Assembly: GCA_965662845.1 (NCBI GenBank)
Contig: CBFIJD010000006.1
Span: 1-37,199 of the forward strand
DNA from: an uncultured bacterium
GTDB lineage: Bacteria > SAR324 > NAC60-12
Direction: 5' to 3'
Length of the DNA: 37,199 nucleotides
Both the position numbers and the translations under genes were made by a program. The notes beneath the pieces were generated by a model, which saw only the letters and a list, made by a program, of their open reading frames with translations, made no database searches and was not told the DNA's origin. This document shows, one piece after another, positions 9,056 through 17,655 of this stretch (the stretch's first letter is position 1; each line of letters begins with the position of its first letter).

Positions 9056-10281
9056 GCGAAGACCTCCCTGACCTTGTGTAGCGCGGCGACTGTGCGCTCA
9101 ACTTCTGCGGCCGTGTTGTAAATGCCAAAGCTCATCCGCACAGTGGCCTGTACGCCGAGCCGCTCGTGGAGCACTTGCGTGCAGTGATGACCGGCGCGCA
9201 CAGCGATCCCCGACTCATCGAGGATCTGTGCGACGTCATGTGGATGCACCCCTGCTAGGGCAAACGAGACCAACCCAGAGCGCTGCGCGGCGTCGCGGGG
9301 ACCGTACACGGTCACGTCGGCTTCGTCTTGCAAGAGCGCTAACGCCTGCTGCGTCAGCGCGTGTTCATGTTGCTGAATGGCGCGCACGCCCCAGCGCTCG
9401 ACGTAGTCGATCGCGGCGTGCAATCCGGTCGCTTCCGCGATGGGTGGGGTCCCGGCCTCGAAGCGTGCAGGGATCGCAGCCCAGCTGGACTGATCGCGCT
9501 GCACCTTAGCGATCATGCCGCCGCCGCCTTGCCACGGCTTCATTTGTTCGAGGTGCTTGCGCGTGCCATACAGCACACCGATGCCCGTTGGTCCATAGAG
9601 CTTGTGCGCGGAGAACGCCAGGAAGTCGCAGCCCAGCGCGGTGACGTCGAGGGTCAGCCGCCCCACAGCTTGCGCCGCGTCAATCAACACGGAGACGCCC
9701 AGCGCGTGGGCTTTGGCGATGACCTCAGAGAGCGGGTTGATCGTCCCGAGCACGTTTGAAATCGCCGTGATCGCGAGCAGCTTGGGGCGTCGCGCCAGCG
9801 CTTGTTCCAGAGCATCAAGGTCGAGCAGACCTTCGCGGGTGATCGGCACATAATCGAGCGCGGCGCCTGCCGCTTGCGTCACCAGCTGCCACGGCACTTG
9901 GTTGGAGTGATGCTCCATCTCGGAGAGCAAGACGCGGTCGCCCGGCCCTAGCTGGGGCCACAGCCACGCTTGCGCCACCAAATTGATGGACTCCGTCGTC
10001 CCACGCGTGAAGACGATTTCTCTTTCGTCGGCGGCGTTCAGAAACTGCGCGACGCGTCGCCGCGCCTGTTCATACAGCTCCGAGGATTCTTCCGAGAGGA
10101 CATAGACCCCACGGTGGATGTTGGCGTTGTGCTCAGTCCAAAAGCGCGTCAGCGCGTCGATCACCGGCTGTGGCTTCTGCGTCGTGGAGGCGTTGTCCAG
10201 AAACGCGAGCGGGAAGCCGTTGATCTGGCGGCGCAGAATGGGGAAGTCGTCGCGGGCCGCAGACGGCGTCAGATGCTGCAC
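9052..10281 (-). CDS. sufS: SufS-type (class II) cysteine desulfurase
   Basis: FLDNASTTQKP, EHHSN, PLP lysine SAHKLYGPTGIG and catalytic RAGHHC. Start reassigned to GTG 10281 (GGAGG RBS, overlaps the coxF stop). Confidence 0.92.
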   Translation of the reverse strand: MQHLTPSAARDDFPILRRQINGFPLAFLDNASTTQKPQPVIDALTRFWTEHNANIHRGVYVLSEESSELYEQARRRVAQFLNAADEREIVFTRGTTESINLVAQAWLWPQLGPGDRVLLSEMEHHSNQVPWQLVTQAAGAALDYVPITREGLLDLDALEQALARRPKLLAITAISNVLGTINPLSEVIAKAHALGVSVLIDAAQAVGRLTLDVTALGCDFLAFSAHKLYGPTGIGVLYGTRKHLEQMKPWQGGGGMIAKVQRDQSSWAAIPARFEAGTPPIAEATGLHAAIDYVERWGVRAIQQHEHALTQQALALLQDEADVTVYGPRDAAQRSGLVSFALAGVHPHDVAQILDESGIAVRAGHHCTQVLHERLGVQATVRMSFGIYNTAAEVERTVAALHKVREVFA

Positions 10282-11069
10282 TGCTTGACCTCCATGATCG
10301 GCAGCCCAGTCTTCTCGTGACGCAGCTTCACCACCTCCGTGATGATACTCAGCGCGATCTCTTCGGGCGTGCGTCCGCCTAAGTCTAGGCCGCAAGGGGC
10401 GTGGAGCACTTCGCGCAGCTGGTTCACGTCGAGTCCGTCTTCTTTGAGAGACTCCACGACCAGCCCAGCGCGTTTGGCGCTGGCGACCAGCCCGACGTAG
10501 CGAGCCGAGCCTTTGAGCGCGGCGTTGATGACTTCGCGGTCGCCTTTGTGCTGGGTCACGACGATCACAAAGCTGTTGAGGCGCGGCTCAATTTTGGAGT
10601 AGTCCAAGTCGTCAGTGATGAGCTTGTCGGCGAAGGGGAAGTCTGCCTGCGTCGCGCCTTGGCTGTTGACCGTGACGTTGAAGTGCAGCATGCGCCCCAG
10701 CTCTGCCAGTATCTGCGCGATGCGGCCTGCGCCGACGATCATCAGCTCGGGCTGGGGGAGGTAGGGCTCAATGTAAACGTCCATCATGCCACCACAGGGC
10801 ATCCCGACGCCGAGCACTTCGTCGTCTAAGTCAATCTCAATGATGCGGGTCTTGCCATCTTGCAGAGCTTCCAGCGCGGCGCTGCGGACTTCGCTGTCGG
10901 CACAGCCGCCGCCGACCCAGCCCAGCAGCGACTCTCCTGACTCGCTAATGATCGACTTTGCGCCTGGCTTGGCCGACGCGGATCCGGTGGTTTTGATCAC
11001 GGTGGCTGTGGCGAAGGCGCGCTCCGCTTGCAGCAGCTCGCTGACTTTCAGATAGAACTCGGTGTTCAT
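10269..11069 (-). CDS. coxF: XdhC/CoxF-family Moco chaperone
   Basis: GSASAKPGAK, GWVGGGC, GMPCGG..DVYIEP, VVTQHKGD, YVGLVAS and APCGLDLGGRTPEEIALSI. ATG 11069 has a GAGGA RBS; an alternative in-frame ATG lies at 11189. Confidence 0.88.
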   Translation of the reverse strand: MNTEFYLKVSELLQAERAFATATVIKTTGSASAKPGAKSIISESGESLLGWVGGGCADSEVRSAALEALQDGKTRIIEIDLDDEVLGVGMPCGGMMDVYIEPYLPQPELMIVGAGRIAQILAELGRMLHFNVTVNSQGATQADFPFADKLITDDLDYSKIEPRLNSFVIVVTQHKGDREVINAALKGSARYVGLVASAKRAGLVVESLKEDGLDVNQLREVLHAPCGLDLGGRTPEEIALSIITEVVKLRHEKTGLPIMEVKQCSI

Positions 11070-11181
11070 GTTTCCTCGTACGGGCGGTGATGATTTCGCC
11101 GGTGAAGCGCTAGCGATCTTCAAGCTCGGGGTCCCCGTGGATGGGACCATGCTCGGGCACACCTGCTTTGATTTGTGATGT

Positions 11182-11784
11182 TCAGACATGGGTAGCGACC
11201 AAACGCTCATATTCTTCAGGAGTGTCGATGTCGCGCAACACGTGGTCGGTGGACATCGGGATTTGATGAACTTTTTCGGAGTGCTGCTTGATGAGTCCGC
11301 GACAGCCTTCCATTTTGCCGTGAGTCAGGAGCGCCTCGCGGTAGCTCGCAGCGAACAGCACAGGGTTGCCAACTTGTCCATTGTGAACGGGGCGGACGAT
11401 CGCGTCTGCAGCTTCAGCAAGTTTAGCGCGGAAGGCTGCGATGAGCTGCGCGTATTCGTCGGCGTTCACAAACGGCAAGTCCGAGAGGCAGATCATGAGA
11501 CCAGCCGCCTGCGGAGCTGCCGCGCGCACTCCGGCGTGAATGGAGGTGGTCATGCCTTGCGCGTAGTCGGGGTTCTCAACGCAGCGCAGCGGCTTGTCGC
11601 CGAGGGCGTTGCGCACAGCCTCGGCCTCGTGCCCAACCACAGCGATGACCTCCTCAGCGGTTGAAGCGAGCAGCTGGTCTGCGATGTGTGCGATGAGGCA
11701 AGAGTCCCCAAACGGGAGCAGCAGCTTGTTCCGCTCTCCCATGCGGCGAGACTCTCCAGCTGCCAGCAGGATCGCGCTGATCAC
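11182..11784 (-). CDS. mocA: Molybdenum cofactor cytidylyltransferase (MCD synthesis)
   Basis: AILLAAGESRRMG..NKLLLP, GMTTSI, LSDLP, GNPVLF and DIDTPEEY. GTGA overlap with coxG. Context of MCD-dependent enzymes. Confidence 0.85.
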   Translation of the reverse strand: MISAILLAAGESRRMGERNKLLLPFGDSCLIAHIADQLLASTAEEVIAVVGHEAEAVRNALGDKPLRCVENPDYAQGMTTSIHAGVRAAAPQAAGLMICLSDLPFVNADEYAQLIAAFRAKLAEAADAIVRPVHNGQVGNPVLFAASYREALLTHGKMEGCRGLIKQHSEKVHQIPMSTDHVLRDIDTPEEYERLVATHV

Positions 11785-12521
11785 TTCTTGCCGCTGAAGA
11801 GACCTTTGAGCGCGGCGGCGACGATAGCCAGCCCGTTCATTGGCTCGGGCTCTTCGGCAGGGTTGGCTTGGGACTGCAAGACGCGAACTTGACTCTCTAG
11901 GCTTTTGACGGTCGCCTCCAAAGCGGCGACGCGAGCTTCTAAGCCAGCCCCCTCCGCAGCAGAGACGGCCACAGTCGTGGGCGAACCTTCGTTCGCCTCT
12001 ACAGCGGCGTCAGGCGCTTCCACTTTTGTCGCTGCGGGTTCTGGAGCGGCGGGGGCTTCTGCCGTCGCGCCACCTTCGGCGAGCTTTTGAAAGTTGCCCA
12101 CGAACTGTTCGGTGAGCTTGTCGTTGACCGCGACGATCATGCGGGCCCCGAACTGCGCGAGCTTCCCGCTGATGGAGAGCTTGATCGTGCTGTGCACTTC
12201 GGTGCCGTTCTCTTTCTCGGTCAGCTTGACGTCCATGTTCATCTGGGCGCTGCCCTTGCCGCCGGTGTCTTTCCCTGCACCAAAGAGAGCCATCTCCTTG
12301 GCGTCCGCGTCGAGTCGATCAAAGCGGGCTTCTCCGTTAAATTTGCTGGTCACAGGACCGATCTTGACGCTGATTTTGCCCTTGAAGTTGTTGTCGTCGA
12401 CGATCTCGGTGAGCTGTGCTCCAGGCACACAAACCACCACGCGAGAAGGGTCGCTGAGCAGTCCCCACACGGTGTTGATGTCAGCGTTCACTGGAAATGT
12501 TTTTTCAGACGTAACTTCCAT
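11781..12521 (-). CDS. coxG: CoxG (SRPBCC domain) with Ala/Pro linker, coiled coil and C-terminal amphipathic helix
   Basis: VWGLLSDP..VVVCVPGA, VKIGP and SGKLAQFGARMI are typical of CoxG. Position within the cox cluster. Confidence 0.88.
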   Translation of the reverse strand: MEVTSEKTFPVNADINTVWGLLSDPSRVVVCVPGAQLTEIVDDNNFKGKISVKIGPVTSKFNGEARFDRLDADAKEMALFGAGKDTGGKGSAQMNMDVKLTEKENGTEVHSTIKLSISGKLAQFGARMIVAVNDKLTEQFVGNFQKLAEGGATAEAPAAPEPAATKVEAPDAAVEANEGSPTTVAVSAAEGAGLEARVAALEATVKSLESQVRVLQSQANPAEEPEPMNGLAIVAAALKGLFSGKK

Positions 12522-12624
12522 GAGATTCTCCTCTCTGTTGCTCGGCTGCCTAAGGCAGCGGTTGGTGATGATTAGAAAGCGTAGTGAGTGGACACCGAAT
12601 CTTCTTGCGCGGTGCTCCCAATTT

Positions 12625-12648
12625 GTACGGGCGCACGGCCGTGCGTAC
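12625..12648. repeat. REP-like palindrome (degenerate copy)
   Basis: GTACGGGCGCACGGCCGTGCGTAC. The first 21 nt are identical to the palindrome at 30902-30929. Lies in the coxE-coxG spacer. Confidence 0.8.
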
Positions 12649-12697
12649 TCGAACTTACAGAAAGTTCAGCGACTTTGCAGCCCAGAACTCCGTAAAT

Positions 12698-13855
12698 TTA
12701 CCTAGAGATGTGCTGCTCCAACGCGAGCAGGCTCTCCAAATTGTGCGCAGGCAGGAAGGCGTCAATCCACGGCAAGGCGGCCTGCATCCCTGCGGTGGTT
12801 GGCTGATAATGGGGTTGCCCCAGCATCGGGTTCAGCCAAATCAGTTGGCGGACTTTGCCGCGAAAGCGCATCAGCTGTCGCTCAAGCCGTTCGGGTTCTC
12901 CTGTGTCATAGCCATCACTCAGGATCATCACGACAGCGCTGCGCGACAGCAGCGGGCGAGCGTGCTCGGCGTGGAACGTCTCCAGACACGCGCCGATTTT
13001 GGTTCCACTAGACCACGCTTCTTCGCGCTCGGAGAGGCGTCGCAAGGTGTCGGGGAACTTCTGCTGGCGCAGTTTGGCGGAGATCGGCGTCAGGCGCGTG
13101 CTGAACAGATAGGCGTCCATTTGTCGGAAGCTCTGCTGTAGCGCGTGCAGAAAACGCAGGAAGAACAGGCTGTACTGATCCATCGAGCCGCTGATGTCGA
13201 GCAGCGCCACCAAGCTAGGCTTGCGCAGGCGGCGTCTTCGGAACGCCAGCTCCAGTGGTTCTCCGCCATGTTGCAGGTTCCGACGCAGCGTCCCACGCAG
13301 CGAGATCAGCTCCTGCTTTGACGAGGGCTGCAACCGCCGCGAGAGCCGCGCGCTGAGCTGCCACGCGAGACGCTCGGTCAAGCGTTCGAGCGCGTCGGTT
13401 TGCCCAAAAGGAACCTGCGAAAAATCTGTGCGACGCAGCGACTCCTGAAGACTGGCCCCCGCCACTTCGTTGTCTTCCCGCGTCTCGTTCGACGGCGTCT
13501 CTCCTTGACCAAGGAGCGTCATGATCGAGCGGTTCGTGCGGCGCGTCACCACACCCAGCGGGTTGACCGCAGGTCGATCGTTCGCGAACCGGCGAGGGCG
13601 CTTGGGGTCGGTGTGCCAGTAGGCTTCAAACAGCTCCTCAAATTTGTCTACGTCTTGCCACGACGCACACAGCAGCGCGCGCAGGCTGTGTCGTAGATAT
13701 TCTCGTTCGTGCAGCGGCCCGAAGCGACAGACCGCTAGGGCGCTCAGCGACTCTTGCACTCCCACGGGCAGCCCATGCTGCCGTCCCAAACGACAAAAGC
13801 TTAACACGGCGCCTTGCCAGTCCGCTTGCTGCCAGAGGTCGGGGGTCGCCATCAC
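12698..13855 (-). CDS. coxE: CoxE VWA domain protein (form I-linked)
   Basis: MIDAS DISGSMD, WSSGTKIG, LSDGYDTG, WLNP. Start is GTG 13855 or ATG 13852, overlapping the coxD stop. Confidence 0.88.
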   Translation of the reverse strand: MMATPDLWQQADWQGAVLSFCRLGRQHGLPVGVQESLSALAVCRFGPLHEREYLRHSLRALLCASWQDVDKFEELFEAYWHTDPKRPRRFANDRPAVNPLGVVTRRTNRSIMTLLGQGETPSNETREDNEVAGASLQESLRRTDFSQVPFGQTDALERLTERLAWQLSARLSRRLQPSSKQELISLRGTLRRNLQHGGEPLELAFRRRRLRKPSLVALLDISGSMDQYSLFFLRFLHALQQSFRQMDAYLFSTRLTPISAKLRQQKFPDTLRRLSEREEAWSSGTKIGACLETFHAEHARPLLSRSAVVMILSDGYDTGEPERLERQLMRFRGKVRQLIWLNPMLGQPHYQPTTAGMQAALPWIDAFLPAHNLESLLALEQHISR

Positions 13856-14745
13856 GCCGCCTGCTCCTCCAACAGGGTGGCCAGTCCGTGGCGACGCACC
13901 GTCTCCATGTCTTCTGTTGATTTCAAGACACAGCCTAGGGTGCGCTCAAAGGTGGCTTCGCCCAGATGCGGGCGATGTAGCGCCAGCAGCGCTTGCGCCC
14001 AGTCTAGCGTCTCGGCAACGCCGGGGGCTTTGTTCAGGCGGAGCTCGCGGAGGGACTGCACGCATTGTACGGTCTGGCGTGCCAGCTCGGCGTCGATGTG
14101 CGGCAGCCGCTTGCGCACGATCGCTTGTTCTTTCGCCAGCGTGGGATAGTCAATCCAGTGATAGAGGCAGCGGCGTTTGAGCGCGTCGCTCAGCTCACGG
14201 GTGCGGTTCGAGGTGAGCAGCACATAGGGTCTCTGTTGCGCGGCGAGGGTTCCCAACTCTGGGATCGTGATCTGAAAGGCAGAGAGCAGCTCTAGCAAGA
14301 AGGCCTCAAACTCTTCGTCGGCGCGGTCTACTTCGTCGATGAGCAGCACGGGAGCTTTCGCGCAGCGGATCGCTTTGAGCAGCGGGCGCTCCAGCAGATA
14401 ATCGTCGCTAAAGATTTGCTGCTGTCGCGCTTGCAGCGAGGAGGGGTCGCCTTCCATGCGGATCGCCAGCAGCTGTTTTTGATAATTCCATTCATACACG
14501 GCGCTGTGGACGTCGAGTCCTTCGTAGCACTGCAAGCGGATCAGCTCGGTGCCGAGCGTCGTTGCGAGCGCCTGCGCCAGCTCGGTTTTGCCGACGCCGG
14601 AGGGGCCTTCGAGCAAGACGGGGCGCTCCAAGCGCTCCAGCAAGAAGATTGTGGTCGCCAGCGCTTCGTCCGTGACGTAGCCGGCTTGTTCGAGCTGGGT
14701 GCTCACGTCGTGCGGAGATTCGGGCTTTGCGAGGGATGAGGTCAT
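13852..14745 (-). CDS. coxD: CoxD MoxR AAA+ ATPase (form I-linked)
   Basis: GPSGVGKT, LIRLQCYEGLD, LLIDEVDRADEEFEA and RELSDALKRRC. Directly follows form I coxL. Confidence 0.92.
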   Translation of the reverse strand: MTSSLAKPESPHDVSTQLEQAGYVTDEALATTIFLLERLERPVLLEGPSGVGKTELAQALATTLGTELIRLQCYEGLDVHSAVYEWNYQKQLLAIRMEGDPSSLQARQQQIFSDDYLLERPLLKAIRCAKAPVLLIDEVDRADEEFEAFLLELLSAFQITIPELGTLAAQQRPYVLLTSNRTRELSDALKRRCLYHWIDYPTLAKEQAIVRKRLPHIDAELARQTVQCVQSLRELRLNKAPGVAETLDWAQALLALHRPHLGEATFERTLGCVLKSTEDMETVRRHGLATLLEEQAA

Positions 14746-14794
14746 GGATTCCGGGGAAGCGAGGGGGACGCGGCGAGCGCGCCCCGCGGTTCAT

Positions 14795-17164
14795 TTAAGA
14801 GACGACGCCCTTATCTTTGAGCACCTGCCACACTTTGTAGGGAGTGATCGGGATGTCCATGTGTGTCACGCCGAGGTGGGAGAGCGCGTCGACGATGGCG
14901 TTGGCGATCGCCGGAGGAGCCCCCACCGTGGGGGACTCTGCCACGCCCTTTGCGCCGAGCGGATGATGCGGCGAAGGGGTGATGGTGTGCCCAGTCTCCC
15001 AGTTGGGTGTCTCGACAGAGGTCGGCAGCAGGTAGTCCATGAAGGTTCCCGTGAGGATGTTGCCGTCGTCATCGTAGACCAACTCTTCAAACATCGCGGG
15101 AGCCATGCCCATCGCCAGACCGCCGTGGATTTGTCCTTCGACAACCATCGGGTTGATGATGTGGCCGCAGTCGTCGATGGCGACAAACCGACGAATCGTG
15201 ATCGCGCCGGTTTTGTTGTCCAAGTCCACAACACAGATGTAGGAGCCGAACGGGAAGGTCAGGTTGGGTGGGTCGTAATAGTGCGTCGCCTCCAGGCCTG
15301 CTTCCATGCCTTGCGGGTGGTTGGTGTAGGCGGCGAAGGCGATGTCTTGGATCGTCTTGGACTTCTCTGGGTTCCCCTTCACGAAGAACTTCCCAGGTTC
15401 CCACTCCAGATCCTCTTCGCTGACTTCGAGCAAGTACGCGGCGATCTTGCGCGCTTTGTCACGGATCTTGTGCGCAGCTTTGGCGGCAGCGGCTCCAGCG
15501 GTGGGAGTACTGCGCGAAGCGTAGGTTCCCAGACCATAAGGCGCCGTGTCGGTGTCACCTTCTTCAATCTGGATGTGCATCGCGGGGAGCCCAAGCTCTT
15601 CGGCGATGATCTGCGCATAGGTGGTCTCGTGTCCTTGCCCTTGCGACTTCGTCCCGAACCGCGCGATCGCTTTGCCGGTCGGGTGAATCCGAATCTCGGC
15701 GCTGTCGAACATCTTGATGCCCAAGATGTCAAAGTCTTTGGAGGGCCCCGCGCCGACAATCTCGGTGAAGCTGGAGATGCCGATGCCCATCAGCTCGCCC
15801 CGCTTGCGCTTCTCTGCCTGCTCTTTGCGCAGCCCTTCGTAGTCGATCATGTCCATCGCCTTCTGCAGAGCTGGCGCGTAGTCGCCGGAGTCGTATTCCC
15901 AGCCCAAAGCGGAGCGATACGGGAACTGCTCCTTTTGGATGAAGTTCTGAAAGCGCAGGTCAGCCGGATCGCGATTCAGCTTTTGGGCAAGCACATCGGT
16001 GATGCGCTCAATCGCGTGGCAGGCTTCAGTGACTCGGAACGAGCAGCGGTAGGCGACGCCGCCCGGCGCTTTGTTGGTGTACACCGCGTCCATCTCTGTG
16101 TAAGCGGTGGGGATGTCATAGGAGCCTGTGCAGATCGAGAACATCCCCGCTGGGAACTTCGATGGGTTCGCGGCGGAGTCAGTGTAGCCATGATCTGCCA
16201 ATGTCTTGATGCGCAGGCCCGTCATCTGGCCTTCTTTGGTGGCCGCCAGCTCGACGTCCATGTGATAGTCCCGCGCGAAGGAGTCGGCTTGCAAATTCTC
16301 AGAGCGATCTTCAATCCACTTCACCGGCTTGCCGAGCAGGAAGCTGGCGGCGGTCGTGATGACGTAGCCTGGATAGACGGGGACTTTGCCGCCGAAGCCG
16401 CCGCCGATGTCTGGTGAGATCACGCGGAGGCGCTCTTCTGAGAGACCGATGTGGCCGGCGACCAAGGCGAACACCGTGCGGACGGCGTGCGGCGCCTGGC
16501 TGGTGATCCAGATCGTCATCTTGCCTTCGCCCTTGTCGTAGCTCGCGACGCAGCCGCAGGTCTCGATGGAGGCGACGTGAATGCGCGGAATGTACACGCG
16601 CTCTCTCACCACGACGTCCGCCTCGGCGAAGGCTTGCTCCGTCGCGTCCTTCTCGCCCGTCTCCCAGTGCCAAATGTGGTTGTCGGTTTTGCCTTCTTTG
16701 TCGGTGCGCAGCACCGGCATGTCGGGGTCGAGCGCCTTGAAGGGGTCGATGACGGGCTTCATCGGCTCATAGTCGATCTCGAGCGCCTCAATCGCGTCTG
16801 CGGCGATGTAGCGGTCGGTCGCGACGACGGCGGCGACTTCTTGGGCTTGGTACATCACTGTGTCGGTCGGGAGCACCATCTGGGTGTCGGACATCAGCGT
16901 CGGCATCCAGTGGAGGTTGTACTCCGCAAGGTCGGCTCCTGTGATGACCGCGATCACGCCGGGCATCGCCATCGCAGCGTCTTTGTTGATGCTCTTGATC
17001 TTGGCATACGCGTACGGGCTGCGCGCGATGTCGAGGTAGAGCATACCGGGGAGCTGCACATCGTCCGTGTATTTGCCCGTGCCCCGGATAAAGCGGGCGT
17101 CTTCTTTGCGCTTGAGGCTGTGCCCCATGCCGCCGATCTCTTTCGACGTTTTGCACATAATCAT
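14795..17164 (-). CDS. coxL: Aerobic [MoCu] CO dehydrogenase large subunit, form I
   Basis: Diagnostic loop [14 protein letters not shown] (AYRCSFR at 16034-16054), plus LHWMPTL and [14 protein letters not shown]. Start is ATG 17164 (ATGA overlap with coxS) or 17158, not the 17353 given in the ORF track. Confidence 0.96.
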   Translation of the reverse strand: MIMCKTSKEIGGMGHSLKRKEDARFIRGTGKYTDDVQLPGMLYLDIARSPYAYAKIKSINKDAAMAMPGVIAVITGADLAEYNLHWMPTLMSDTQMVLPTDTVMYQAQEVAAVVATDRYIAADAIEALEIDYEPMKPVIDPFKALDPDMPVLRTDKEGKTDNHIWHWETGEKDATEQAFAEADVVVRERVYIPRIHVASIETCGCVASYDKGEGKMTIWITSQAPHAVRTVFALVAGHIGLSEERLRVISPDIGGGFGGKVPVYPGYVITTAASFLLGKPVKWIEDRSENLQADSFARDYHMDVELAATKEGQMTGLRIKTLADHGYTDSAANPSKFPAGMFSICTGSYDIPTAYTEMDAVYTNKAPGGVAYRCSFRVTEACHAIERITDVLAQKLNRDPADLRFQNFIQKEQFPYRSALGWEYDSGDYAPALQKAMDMIDYEGLRKEQAEKRKRGELMGIGISSFTEIVGAGPSKDFDILGIKMFDSAEIRIHPTGKAIARFGTKSQGQGHETTYAQIIAEELGLPAMHIQIEEGDTDTAPYGLGTYASRSTPTAGAAAAKAAHKIRDKARKIAAYLLEVSEEDLEWEPGKFFVKGNPEKSKTIQDIAFAAYTNHPQGMEAGLEATHYYDPPNLTFPFGSYICVVDLDNKTGAITIRRFVAIDDCGHIINPMVVEGQIHGGLAMGMAPAMFEELVYDDDGNILTGTFMDYLLPTSVETPNWETGHTITPSPHHPLGAKGVAESPTVGAPPAIANAIVDALSHLGVTHMDIPITPYKVWQVLKDKGVVS

Positions 17165-17652
17165 GCGGCCTCCTCTTGTTGAGCGTTGATTTTTTTCGCG
17201 GCGTACTGAATTGCACGGATGATGTTCACATAGCCTGTGCAGCGGCACAGGTTCCCCGAGATGCCCCAGCGGATCTCTTCTTCGGTGGGGTTGGGGTTTC
17301 GCTCTAGAAACTCTTTGGCGCGCATGATCATGCCCGGCGTGCAGAAGCCACACTGGAGCCCGTGCTCCTCATGAAATCCTTCTTGCAGCGGGTGAAGTTG
17401 ACCACCTTGTTCCACCCCCTCAATGGTCTCGACGGTCTTCCCGTTGGCTTGCAGCGCGAAGACGGTGCAGGACTTGACGGCGCGCCCGTTGAGCAGAACC
17501 GTACAGGCGCCACAGCTAGAAGTGTCGCAGCCGATATGCGTCCCCGTCATGCTGAGGTCATCGCGCAGGTGGTGCACAAGCAGCTTGCGAGAGTCGACCT
17601 CGCGAGTGACGTCTTCGCCGTTGATGTTGATCGTGATGTTGTGCTTCGACAT
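17161..17652 (-). CDS. coxS: Form I CODH 2x[2Fe-2S] small subunit
   Basis: [19 protein letters not shown] and [15 protein letters not shown] gene order. Confidence 0.95.
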   Translation of the reverse strand: MSKHNITININGEDVTREVDSRKLLVHHLRDDLSMTGTHIGCDTSSCGACTVLLNGRAVKSCTVFALQANGKTVETIEGVEQGGQLHPLQEGFHEEHGLQCGFCTPGMIMRAKEFLERNPNPTEEEIRWGISGNLCRCTGYVNIIRAIQYAAKKINAQQEEAA

Positions 17653-17655
17653 GGC

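Noticed and set aside
14699..16417. 572-aa plus-strand ORF and other long antisense ORFs (e.g. 4046-4930, 24133-25203, 31676-32389)
   Set aside because: They lie opposite well-supported genes, carry no motifs, and are the expected shadow of GC-rich codon usage.
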